A stretch of 64,000 bases of DNA, taken from the NCBI GenBank assembly GCA_047495785.1, contig JBLDXI010000074.1, positions 744,001-808,000 of the forward strand, written 5' to 3'. Each line of letters begins with the position of its first letter. The stretch's first letter is position 1. Source of the stretch: Lepidodermella squamata (Eukaryota; Animalia; Gastrotricha). The position numbers and the translations under genes are program-made. Positions 35,801 through 47,925 of the stretch are shown one piece after another. The notes under the pieces were generated by a model, which saw only the letters and a list, made by a program, of their open reading frames with translations, made no database searches and was not told the origin of the DNA.

Positions 35801-38258
35801 AAGACCCGAATCAGCGAAAAATGCTCCTTATCGATAGCATGCAAGCTGACCAGCCATTACCTGCCAATCCCGAACCGAAGCCTGCGAAGATTGAGCCTGA
35901 ATCCAATTCGAAAGCAGCTACTTGGAATGTTGATAGTGATTCGGCTAAGCCTGATTCGAAGGTGAATGACAAGCTGCTGGAGCAAGAATTCGCGGCGACT
36001 CAGTGCCCAACATTGGACCTGATTCTAGCAGTCGATTTGATCTATTTCAAGACAAAGGAGCAATTTAACGCGGCTGCTCGGCCGATTTTGCAGAATTTCA
36101 TGCTGGATCTCAATCCGTGCCACGACGTCCGAATTTCTTCAGTAAGTTCAGTAATTCGTAAAACATAAAAAAATTGAAATTAATTAAAATTCTGAAATTT
36201 CAAAATTGGATTCCAAGAATCTTGATAATTTTTGAATATTAATAAATCAATTTTTTGGATTTAAAGTTCAAAATTCGAAACTTTTCAGTTTCGACCAGAT
36301 CTCTTAGATTTTTTAATTTTAGTTTTTCAATTTTTAGGTTGAGTATGGTAGTGCAGCGAATATTCGATTTCTACTCGATCATCACACTCCGGCGACCAAA
36401 GCTCGAGCTTATTTGGCCAATAATTACACGATTCGCGATGACAGCACGCTGGGCAGCATTTTCAGTGGAACTCAGCGAGCTTTGAGCGTTGTCCGTAATC
36501 AGGTCAGAAAATTCATAATATTTTGTTTAATTTTTATACCTATTGTTCTATTTTTTTAAATCTCATTCAATTTTCGTCTTTTAAATTATAATTAAATTTA
36601 AATTTAAATTTTAAATTAGAAATAAATGTTTCATTGAAATTCTCGAATTTTCTTTGAAGGTTTTGGAGCCCGGAGATGGCCATCGCCCAACCGGCCTGAC
36701 CTATTTATTCGTATTCACTGGCACGGAACCAACCCAGTGGGGCGAGACGATCAACCAAGCGGAACATCTTCGCCTCGATAAGGTCGTAATCACGGTCTTC
36801 GGCTTCGGATCCGGTGCTCCGAATATCCGAGTCCTAGCCAGCTCACCCACTCTGTACTTCCCAATCACCATCGACCCGCCTACAGCCGAAACTTTCGACT
36901 CAATCAGGATCGCATTAATGCAGGGTTTATTCGACTATGCCGAGCCTACAACCCCGGCTCCATTCAAGACGAAATATGTGAAAATTTCATCGTTACGAAT
37001 TCGATCTGTTGATTCAGTAGTCGAATCTTCGCTGCTGAAAATCGCGGACAATCACGACGATCTACCGGTTAAAAGATCGGTGAATCGCTGCCTCGCTCCG
37101 GATATCATTTTCGTAATCGATCGTTGCTACTTCAATCGATCGCTTTTCGACGCTAATATGCTACCGGTTTTGCAAGGTTTCGCGACTCTGACGAATCCTT
37201 GTGTCGATTTGCGGGTCAGTATTGTCGAGTTCAAGCGAGGCGTCAAGGCGCGGTCATGGTTGGCGGACCACACGCCGGCGGCTACTGCGATCAGTTATTT
37301 GAAGAATTTCCAGTCGTTCGATGATACCGATCTGGATAACGGTATGCCTGGCTGCCAAACCGGAGGTGCATTGGAGTTTGTTCGCAAAAAGGTGAGAATC
37401 GTTTTTTATTTCTCACCTGTAGCGAAAATTTCAATTATTTTTTTAATTTGAAATAATCAAAATTTTAATTTTCAACATGTTCGAATATTCAAGGAAACTG
37501 AAATATTGCGAAATTAAATAAATAAATGAATTTTAATGACATTTTTCTATCAAAGACTTCCTGGGCTCGTGGCCACCCTGATTTCGAATTTTCAATTTTT
37601 TTTAATTTTCGGATTGGAATTTCCTGAAATTTTGATTCAGGTTTACATCAAGGGTTTGATTGATTCGAGAAATAAAAAATGTATGAAATTGCCAATTAGT
37701 ACTTTAGCCTGAAATGCTGAAATCGAATTCCGAAATCGATTTCACAAATCAGTGATTTTTCATGAAATCAAAGTTTTTCATTGTCCTGTATTCGTTCCAC
37801 TTGAATGATTTGACTTTTTGCGCGCATTTCAGGTGTTATCGAAAGGTCGCGGCCATCGTCACCTAAGCCCTGTGCATGTTCTGCTGTTCCTGGGTACGAC
37901 GCCCAGCGACCCGGCGCACACAATCAACCATGCGGAACATTTACGCGTCAACACCCACGCTGTTCTACGCGTGTTCTCGTTCGGCCAGCACATCGACCCG
38001 GACTACGTCCGCATTCTAGCCAACGCTCCGGCCTACTACTACGACCTCAACGAGGCCGCAATGCCGATATTGTCGGTGACGGCATCGAATGAGCCAGCTT
38101 CGAACACAACCACCCATGCGGTCACATCGATTGAAACGACATCGGCGAGTTTCAACGGGAGTGGAGAAGCAGGCCCGACGGTTGAAATTTCGACGACGAC
38201 AACGACCCAAAGCAGCAAGGCCACTCTATTCGATGCGATTGACGACATTTTGAGCTGA
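32821..38258 (+). CDS. Secreted Ser/Thr-rich mucin-like protein with two divergent vWA domains (~1547 aa); exons 32821-36141, 36338-36502, 36660-37391, 37833-38258
   Basis: Signal peptide, about 950 aa of S/T-rich sequence, then two vWA-like units: DLILAVD..VRISS|VEYG..LFVFTG..VFGFG..LAS and DIIFVID..RVSIVEF..TGGALEF..LLFLG..LAN. Confidence 0.8.
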
Positions 38259-39193
38259 TCATTTCAAAGCGGCGAAAATAATGACAAAATTGTTGATGCG
38301 CGAAGTCGAAAATTTTCTATGAGAAAAAATTGTTTTGTATATGATTCGTTGTTTTTGGCATTTTTTATATAAATTATCGCAGATATTAATATTATTGCAG
38401 CAATTGTTCATAAAACTCTAAAGCGATTTTTGTAATCAAAACGAAATAAATTCAGCATATGGTTATGTCCGCGTCAATGTCCCATTTGGGCCTGAAATTC
38501 CAAACCTATTTTCTCATGAACGATGATAGATTTTCTAATAATTTTTTCTCAGTTATTCATGATCAGACGGGTGTCATCAGACCGACCGGTTTCCCATAGC
38601 CTAGGAGGTGATTGATTTTTGGCACCAATAATCGTTAATCGATAATCGATAATTAATAACCTTGATTTTTCACGGCAGAGTACCAGAGTTGAAATCAATA
38701 CGAAATCACTTCTTCATCAACCGATCGGCTCAAAATCGATAATCGATAACTGATCGGCCGGTCAGGTCGCTTCGGAATTTGCTAGCCCAAGGGGTAATCA
38801 AGTTCTCAGATTTCGAATATGCATAGTTTTATCAGCTATCTTTACGGTTCTCTCGGAAATCAGGCCCCACAGTCTGTCCGTTACCTTGCAATTTGTCTGT
38901 CCGTTATACTACGGAACGGTTTTCGCGCGGACTCGTGATTTGTGGCCGCCTCAAGATCGCGATTCATGCCTTTGTAATAGTTTATTGGATAATTTTGCCA
39001 GACAAACAGCTTGTGTATAACTCAAGAGATCACTAGACTAAGGTCACACAGCAGCAAGCAACACAACATCCCGCAATCACAGCAGCATTATTCGGTTATA
39101 AACTACTTGAAAACACATTAAGTAGTGATTAGTTTTCCATCAGTAAGCTTTGGGTACCCGTCTCGTCGTTCATCAACCGTGATCATCGTCAGC

Positions 39194-39587
39194 TTAGATC
39201 CTAGAGCCCGCGATAACATTATTTTGGAGATGGTACTTATTGGATGGTAATTTGACACCCCGGCTGGCTTCCTCGTGGATTTGTTCCTCGCGGAGTGCCA
39301 ACTTTACGTTTGTCGCAGCCTTGGTGTTCAACTTGGCGTGCTTGCCCTTGTTGGCGCCATGGGCTTTCTTGCCCGGTGCATGGGTGTGCTTTTTGCCCTT
39401 TAGCTTCTTGTCTGCATGAGCCGCCACCTTCGCGTAGGGGGCCTCGCGCGCCGAATCGTCAGCATCGTCGGCTGATACAGCGAGCACAGCGACGAAAGCC
39501 TGTGAAATGAAAGGGTGTAGTAGCAAAAGAGATAATTTCAGCTCGGAAACTAACCACTGCAAGGGTGAGAAGGAGGATCTTGTTCAT
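39194..39587 (-). CDS. Secreted His/Lys-rich peptide precursor, family member C (112 aa); exons 39587-39555 and 39499-39194
   Basis: MNKILLLTLAV|AFVAVLAVSA signal peptide, acidic DDADDSAR spacer, cationic KKLKGKKHTHAPGKKAHGANKGKH region, TATAAAA upstream near 39653-39647. Confidence 0.8.
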
Positions 39588-40200
39588 GTCGAAACGAAAA
39601 TTAAAAGCGAAAAAATAGTTGTGAAAATTTGCTGCTCAGCGTTGCGTTTTATAGGCACTCCCAGGTTAACCTCCGCCAACTGATCAAACTCGAGTTCACT
39701 AGGCGCATTCACGTGTTTCGCGGATACCGATGCACTTGTGGATGATAAAACACAACGACGGAGGCGAATTGGCATTGTCTTATTGTTTAAATTTCATAAG
39801 ATCATAGCTGACAAATTATGTAAAATTAGTCGGCTTGTATGCACAAGAAGAAGACAAGAAGCCGTTGAAATACACTAGGCATAAATTCATATATGCAGCA
39901 GTATGGAATTATTTAATTTCTCTATGGCTAGTTATGAAATAATGCTATATTCCTATCTGCCCACGACACATCTCGGCTCCCTAAAAAGGTGCAATAGGTG
40001 CATGGTTTTCAGACCTGTTATGCGTCAGATCTCGTGGGATTTTAATACCAAAAAATGTTATTTCGTTATAATCTCAATCGATGCTGGAATTAAGAAAATG
40101 TCACAAATTGGCGAATTTTGCGACGGCTGGTTACTGCGACTGTTGCACCCTCATTTTTCCTGATTTGGGTTATAGAATTGGTGCCATGACAAGATATTCG

Positions 40201-40243
40201 TTCAACTTCGTCGGCTGATACAGCGAGGCACAGTGACGAAAAC
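40201..40243 (-). pseudogene. Relic exon-2 fragment of the peptide family
   Basis: GTTTTCGTCACTGTGCCTCGCTGTATCAGCCGACGA aligns to the start of member C exon 2 with a 1-nt insertion. Confidence 0.55.
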
Positions 40244-41002
40244 CTCTTCAAACATACAGCGAAGCTATTTTTTAATTTGAAATTGTCCATTTTCCGAGGT
40301 CAAGAATGTAAGAGAAATGGGAAAGCAAAAATTGCACTCGATCGGTGGGCTATCATACCTAATATTATGTCGCCATAGCATCGAGTAAAAGTGCTATCGA
40401 TTTCGAGTTTCTAAAAGTGGCATTGGGGTAATGCTTCGCCTGCAAGGAATGCGCAGGGAACCTTAGTTTTTAGTGCGGAGATGATGCGCTGCGATACTAC
40501 CCGGCTGAAACCGAGAGGTGAACCCAAGCTTTAACACCTCGATTTCGCCCTCCTTCACGCATCAACACAGCTCTGGGTTTTCCTCTGGTTCAACGAGGAT
40601 CGTCGTCTTACACCTTAACCCGATAACATCTCTCGCCCCTGCCGTTTAACCAGCTTCATTTTTTCAACCAGCTTCAAATAGTTTGAACTTATGCATGATG
40701 CATTTTTAACGGCTTCCTTTGCAAACAAGCCGTCAATGCTGTGATAATATTTCAGCAATGTTCTTATGGAATATACATAAGGCGATGCCTCGTCACCTCC
40801 GCCATTGTGTATGTAATAATATTTTAACGAAAAGAGAAGAGCTTGCTCAGACCATCATTGCTCATTGCTCATTAGCATCATTGCTCGGACGTCAGACGTC
40901 TCCACATCGTGAAAAGCGCTGTTATCGAACATGCGCGTTTATTACAACATGTATTACGCAACGCAAGCCGGTAGAATTTTGTTATTGTTTCGATTGAAAT
41001 TA

Positions 41003-42950
41003 GAGAGCTGTTGGTTTTATTGTTTCAAAACGAAAATAAAAGCACCGGCCACGATTGGGCTTTGGGCGCATCAGAAATATCGTTATAATAATATCGTATA
41101 ATATATAATAAATGTAATATAGCACAGTATGGTACCACACACACAAAAATATCATAGGCAGAGGTAGTTTTTTCCAGAGTGATGCTCAGAGTAATATTTA
41201 TTCACATTTTTTATTAATATTGCCGATATAGTTGGTCAAGATTAGGTAGATGGGATAGGCGGATATGTATGCAATTTTAGAGTCATCCGGTAATTGTAGG
41301 CGAGGGATAGTAATTTCGATAAATGTGCAGAGCCGCTAGATTCACAGCAAATTATAGAATTAATTATGTCAGTTTTATCAGGTTTCATTTCAGCGTTATT
41401 TATATTATGTAGATACGGCAAGTAGTTGCATTCTAGGTATAGGTGAGTTAAAAGTTCTACTGAGTCAGCGAAGCTATTTAGAGATAGGACGGGATTGTTA
41501 CTATTTTTATAGCAGAAAATACATCTAAGGCCGAAGTTATTTATATAGCAAAACGGTTTATGAATGGAATTAGTTCTAATCATAGCTAGCGTTTGGATAT
41601 TTTTAAGTGACCAGAAAGCTTGCCGCGTACTCGAGTACATTAGTAGTTTGTCAAATTTTTCTTCAGAGTAAACAGGATTTTGATAGAGCGATTTTAGAGA
41701 AGAGGCCGTCGACAATTTGTCATTTTCGACCCATTTCTCATACCATCTCTCAAGCAGGGCTAGGCCCTCAAATTTAGATGTAGCATTGAAAATTTCTTTT
41801 CCGCCCAGTTTTTCAACATCTTCTGGTAAATTTTTGAAGATATGTTTATATAGATTTTTGTTTGAGTCAATTATTTCGAAAGCTGTCTTCAGCAGTATAT
41901 GGTTGTCCTCGAATTTGAGTTTAAGAAAGTGACGTATAGCTGCTTTAGTGAGGATTAGGCTTGGAGGGTCTAGGTAGAATTCACGTTTCACGAGCTCGTC
42001 TCTCGCCGCGGCGGGAATTCGGCAGAGCTGTTTTACGAAATGAGTATTGAAAGGAAAAATTTTGGCCTTTTTTGATTGACCCCAAAATCCTCCAGCATAG
42101 GAATAGTTGCTAACCAGATAGGAATTATAGAGAAGGTGAAACGTTTTGGGTGGTAGATATGTGGTGAACCGATCGATCATGTTGGGTATAAAAGCGGCAA
42201 TTCGTTTCGCATTCGCATTGACAACCTCCACCATTTTATCAAAATTCAAATTATTAGTAAAATAAACTCCTAGGTATTTAAATTCTTTAACTCTTTCGAG
42301 TTGTTCGCCGTTTAGATAAAATTTTGGTTGATTATTCTCAACAAATTTCTTTTCAAAAATCAAGATTTTTGTTTTATCGACGTTAATTATTAATGAATTT
42401 TCTTCAGCATAAGCTACTAGCTCATCCAGGAGGCTCTGCAGCTGCTCAGCGCTTTCTGCCAGTAGGACCAAGTCATCGGCGTATAGGATTGCCAAGACTA
42501 CATATTCACCGAAGGTCAAGCCAGGGAAAACTTTCATTAGGAAAGGAATGAGATCGTTTATAAAAATTGAAAACAAAAGTGGTGATAATGGGTCACCCTG
42601 TCGGACTCCCACGTTTGACTTTATTGGCTTATCGAATAGAATAGTCGATTTAATTCTAAGCAGCAATGTATTGTCGGCGTACATGTTCCTAATGACCTCA
42701 ATAAAGGACAAAGGCAGTCCTATTTTTCTAAGCTTCTTCATTAAGAGAGCACGGCTAATATTGTCGAACGCATTTGAAAAATCTACGAAGGCTGTGTATA
42801 TTTTCTTTTTCCTAGTAAGGTAATAAGCCACGATGGCGTAGAATAGAGTACACGCATCTACTGTGCCTATTTTTGGCGTGAATCCGAACTGTTCGGGTCG
42901 CAAAATCTTTTTAGCCGTGCACCATTCTCGCAAGCGTTTTTCTAGGATAC
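41003..42950 (-). mobile_element. 5'-truncated non-LTR retrotransposon (RT plus C-terminal region; CR1/L2/RTE-like) with 9-bp TSD TTGAAATTA
   Basis: EQFGF, FVDFSNAFD, GVRQGDPLSPLLF, LYADD, FKYLGV and a C-terminal CxxC..H....C. The TSD is at 40994-41002 and 42951-42959. The rejoined flanks match the empty site downstream of PLAC8 copy 1. Confidence 0.92.
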
Positions 42951-43073
42951 TTGAAATTATCGCAAAAAATAAAGCAATCAATTGCTGTAGTGAATTTAAA
43001 GCGAGTTTTTGGCACAACCTCATTTGCGATTTCGTTGATGGTGAGAGGCTTGTTCTTTGTTAATGAGCAGTTT

Positions 43074-43881
43074 TCAATGGCGCTCGATGTAGAATTTTCG
43101 TGAATCCATCTCGTTGATAAGACGCTTTAATAAATAAATATACAAATTCAAACGATTTTTTTTCTATTTCATGACTTACAAGAGCAGCGCAGCTATTTAG
43201 TTAGTCAGTGGGAAACGTAAATTAAACTTATAATCGAAGAAAAAAAATCGTCACTTACAACCCGCAACTGAAATGCAGAAAAGGCAAATGTAATTTTTGT
43301 AATAGCTATTCAGTGGGATAAAATTGCTAACCAGCAGTATAAGCAGGCTTCGTCACACATGTCTTGCTCGATACCGATCAAAGTGCGGAATCTGTGTTAG
43401 AGGAATCCGAAATATTTCCAAAAAAGCGGCTTGTTTAATCGTTTACCGAACGTTGAGCGGGACGATGCCGAAGCAGCAGCCATAGCACCCGTTCTCACCC
43501 AAGTGATTCGAAGCCTTGCACGAAATGTAGAATGGGCAGCAGAAGCCGAAGATACAGTTTGAAGGGTGCCTTGCAGTTCATAATAGGAATAGGAATAGGG
43601 TTAGGAATAGGAATATCGTGTCACATTTAGACCTACACGCAAAGATCGCAGACGCCATGTCGCCAGACCTCGTTCCCGGCGCGTATCGCGTGTTGCAGCA
43701 GACTCAGCGCACCGTCGTCGGGCTGAGGCTGTCGAATGTGAACAAAAGTCGGCTGGCGGCCACTGCGTTTGACGGCAGGCTGAGGAGCTGGGTTTCCGGG
43801 CTGACCGGCCGGTTGGTAGTCCGGTTGGGCTTCTGGGTGAGCAGACGGGTACAGCGGTGCGGCATTCTTTTCGTCAGACAT
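43074..43881 (-). CDS. PLAC8/cornifelin-family protein (copy 2); microexons 43267-43259 and 43192-43180
   Basis: Colinear paralog of copy 1 with the same microexon sizes and an open spliced frame. Confidence 0.82.
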
Positions 43882-44721
43882 TTTATTACGCCTTTCAATC
43901 GCTCACTAAAAGATATTCTAACATAAAGAAAGGATGACATATATTTCGCTCGAGCCGGCAAGGCTATCGGTATCTCAGCCGAGCGACTCGACATGAGCTA
44001 GTCGGATACATCCGCGCGAGGGTGAAGATAGCGCACTCACGACTGAACTGGCGAATAGGCATGGAAATGCACGGCAAATTGCCCCCAAATATAAGCCATT
44101 CGCTCCAATGTTTTATTATGATTAGGTGTGGATGTAATATCGCGATATTGGGCGTTAGCCAGGGTAAGAGCCGCCATATGCGAGGCTGATAAGGCAGACC
44201 GTAGGCGCCCTATTTAGCCATCAATACTGATCTAATAGTTTTTAATCGACAGATTACGGACTAATTCCTTGTGATCGTAACAATTTAGAGACAGAACCTG
44301 AGGTGGAATCGACTTTTATCTCCCTTGATTTTTGCATTATTTTCAGGTTGTATCAAATGTTGTGAACTATGAATAAGTAACTTGTGTCAAATGTGTTGTT
44401 TACCTTTTGTTTTGAAAATAGGGTTTCAACGCTCAGGAAACCTAAAAGGTCCCGAACCTAACATCATGAAAATAAGAAAAGACTCCTGAAAAGACTCCTG
44501 AAGTTATCTCAGCCTTTTACTCAGCTTTAAAAGTTTTAAATATTATAATAACAGAATTTCGAATAGGTAATTAATAATTATTTATTTGGGAATATAATGA
44601 CTTCTCCTGATAAGTAATAAAAGTGTGCACACGAAATAGCGCACGATGAGTGCGCCGAAATGGGGTCATCCTTCTCTCAAAACCTCACACTAGTCATTAG
44701 AACGTTCATCTCTAGTGTGTG

Positions 44722-47371
44722 ATGACCTACCAGCAAGCGTCGAATAGCGAATCAGTTCTTCTCTCCTCCGCCGTCGTAATGCCTACGCCCGAGAACTGCA
44801 TCGATTTCTGCGTTGAATTTTGCCGACGTGACGATTTGGCGCAACTTGAAGCCGGCAAAATCATGGCTATTGTCAGCCATTCTTCGCCTATTGTCTACAA
44901 CCGCGAGAGCATGTCCCGAAGCGTTCTCATTGTCTTCAACCACTCGTTAGAAGGCCCGAGTGAAATCAACGAATCGCGGCCTAGATCGATGTTTGTCGAC
45001 TGTTATTTAACCATGCGTGTTAATTGCAAGAAATTGGTTGTAAAAACGCAAAATTTGGCATTCGGCCAGATTTTTCGCGTCACCGCCGGCTACAAATTGA
45101 TGCCGATTAATAGCAGTAAGAGCCGCGAATTCACCGCCATTGATGAGATGTGGGTACCCGAGTGGAGCCAGGCGGTTGATCCTAGCAATGAAAATTTCAC
45201 GATTATTCCAACTGGTGTCAATCAATCGTGTGACGTCATTCGATTTGAAATCAAGCCGTTTCCGAACCTTGAAAGTGCGTTCAATTTGTGTCGCGCTAGG
45301 CTGGTTTTGCGGCCGAGCACCATGGCTCCGGTGATTCAATGCCGCTTTGACAACGAAGAGGTTGGACCAGTTTCTAAGCTGCCGAATCGTAGGTTTAAGC
45401 GAGCTGTGAGAAGGCTGGCGGTTAATCAGAAGTCAGTTCAACGTTCGGCGAATTTCGAAAATTGCCCGGGTGATATTTTGCTGTACATTGTTAACAAGGT
45501 GCCTGAAGATGACCGATATAAGGTGAGAAAAAACCTCGTTTTTTCCTGTTTCTGATATCTGGAAATTTTCCCGCTAAATTATATTCGATATTCAAGTCGC
45601 AATTGAACAGCCTTGCTGTTTCATTTTCGAAGACTGGATTAATTTACAAGTTTTCTCAGAATTCCAAAAATAGTTGAAAATTTTGGGACACTCTGTAAGT
45701 TAGGAAGCATTTCTGTTAACGTTTTTAAAATCGCTCATTATGTTTTTCAAATTTTGACATATTTTCAATTTCTGATTTCTGAGTTATATTCTCGGTTTGA
45801 ACCTTTTTCATTTTCGATATTCCAATTTTAGATGATGGCAACACTTTCGAAAACATGCCGCCGCTTCTTCGACATTCTGAACCACCCACTGATCTACGCA
45901 TCGCTCGATCTCAACATGTCCAGCTTAAAACTCGTTCCGTACTCCCCCTCAATCATGGCATTTCTAGCGGCACGAGCCAAGCAGGTTCGCCATTTACGAG
46001 TCGGGGCGATCCCAAACCTTCCTCCATTATGCAGTTTGAGAGGCTTGGTCAGCAGTATCGAAAATGGAAATTTGATCTCTTTTTCGGCTGATAACTCCCC
46101 AGTTGTTACTGACCACATTTTTAGCCTCATTTTGGACCGCCAACCTAACTTGGAACAAATCAGCATTTCAGGCATTAATTTTAAATTTTATATCGAGCTT
46201 TTTCTAATTTATTCATTTTCAGGATGTCACGCTTTGACGTCGAATATATTCAGCGGAATTTCGAAGCTATCGAAGCTTCGAATTTTGAGATTGAACGACA
46301 TAGCTATCGAACCTGCAGCGCTTTTCAACATTGCAAATTCATGCTTGAATCTCGAGCAAATCGTAATAAGACGTCTTCCAACGTTTCTGAAACGCCGTTT
46401 CTCAACTATGGCCAACGTTAGTCTACGGCAGCGCTTCGATTATCAGGATTCTCGGCAGAGTTACTCATTTGATGAAGCCATGTCAAAGCTAGCTGAGAAA
46501 ACCTCTCTGAAACGTGTCGCAATCGATTCAACCTGTTTCTCAAGTTTTGGGAACCTTTTGAGCTTTGTGTCGGATTGTCCGAAACTAGAGCAGTTGTCTA
46601 TCGAATCTTTTCCAACTTCTGGGCATGGCCGAATCATCGCGAGAAGTGACCGAGCTTCGGTTTTCATTGAAAAGTTGGCTGAAGCCTGTGGAAACCTGAG
46701 GGACCTACACATCGGAGCTACACAACGGCCTTTTGTGATTGGAAATGCCGACTTCAGGTTGATGGCCAAGTTCCAAAGGCTGGAGAGATGTAGATTGGAA
46801 AAGGTCGATGTTGATTTTCATGTAAGTTCCAGAGGTTGGTAAAGTTCTTATTCTAACTCTTCATTTTCAGGAGGCCCGAGCTTTGCTGGAATCTTCGCCA
46901 TCCCTTGTTTCGATAAGCATGTCTGGGATTCGAATCTCAAGCTGGCAGGCTAACAAGTTACGCGAGCTTTTCCCGAAACGAAAAATCAACTATTACTGCT
47001 TAGACGAAGACGATTTTTACGACGGTCAAGCTGCGCCCCAGATACAAGAACTTGTTTTGATTGGAAATCGAGCGCAAAATGACCGAGATCAAGGGTTTGA
47101 GGAAGGCTATGACAGCGGAGATTCCGATGATAAGGAAAATGAAGACGAGGATGAGATTAGTGATGCGAATTCTGGTGCCTTGTCTAATGCGTTGCAGAGC
47201 ATTGAAAACCGTGAGATTGCCGATTTTTGGATCTACCACATCAACGAGTACTGCCGACGGGTGACTGATCTCCTTGGGGCTTTGGATCGCCGGCATCACC
47301 TAGACTTCGCTCAGCGTGGCATGCCGAACGATGGCTTCTCATTGTTCGAAAACGTGGCTATGGAAGAATGA
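44722..47371 (+). CDS. F-box/LRR protein with an N-terminal extension; exons ~44722-45522, 45832-46171, 46223-46821, 46871-47371
   Basis: F-box FENCPGDILLYIVNKV..|..LSKTCRRF, LRRs (LEQISISG|CHALT, LRILRL, CPKLEQLSI, CGNLRDLHI) and an acidic tail. Confidence 0.75.
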
Positions 47372-47925
47372 TGATAACTTTTAGTTTGTTGCGTTGTAAT
47401 AATGAGAGTCTTTCATTAAATTATGTTGTAAATTATGGTTTTGTTTTTATTTCGATGTGGTCCGTGAACCCATAGGCGGTGATAGCTGCCGGGAAAGATG
47501 GAAATAATGTTCGGTAGAAATTTACCAGTAAGCCATTACCGTATGCTAACAAATGGATCAGATAAACCTGAGGACTAACAGGACTAAGACTAACACGTCG
47601 CTGCAGAACTATCTCGGGGTTCGGGTTTTTCTATGAAATTGTGCGGTTTTCGTGATTCTCAAACTGATCTTATTAAGCGTATTTTGTGGCCAGTTTACGA
47701 GCGACATACTTTGCCCTGCAGAGTCGATATCGATTCCAAGTATGGATTCTACATTCTACTAATCAGGGAATTTTTCCCCTTACCTCTGAAAGATGAGGCC
47801 AATGCCCCAATCAGAATACGCCATTAATTTATTCCACGGTCCAACAATTATAGGAGCAGTAAGATCTGAGTACTCAACACGATGAGTGATGAAATCTTAG
47901 CGTTAAATGCGGCATTTCGGTTTCA

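Noticed and set aside
42951-43023. First ~24 aa of the 593-aa RT ORF
   Set aside because: This stretch is the TSD plus host flank that matches the PLAC8 copy 1 downstream region. It is open by chance, and the LINE is 5'-truncated.
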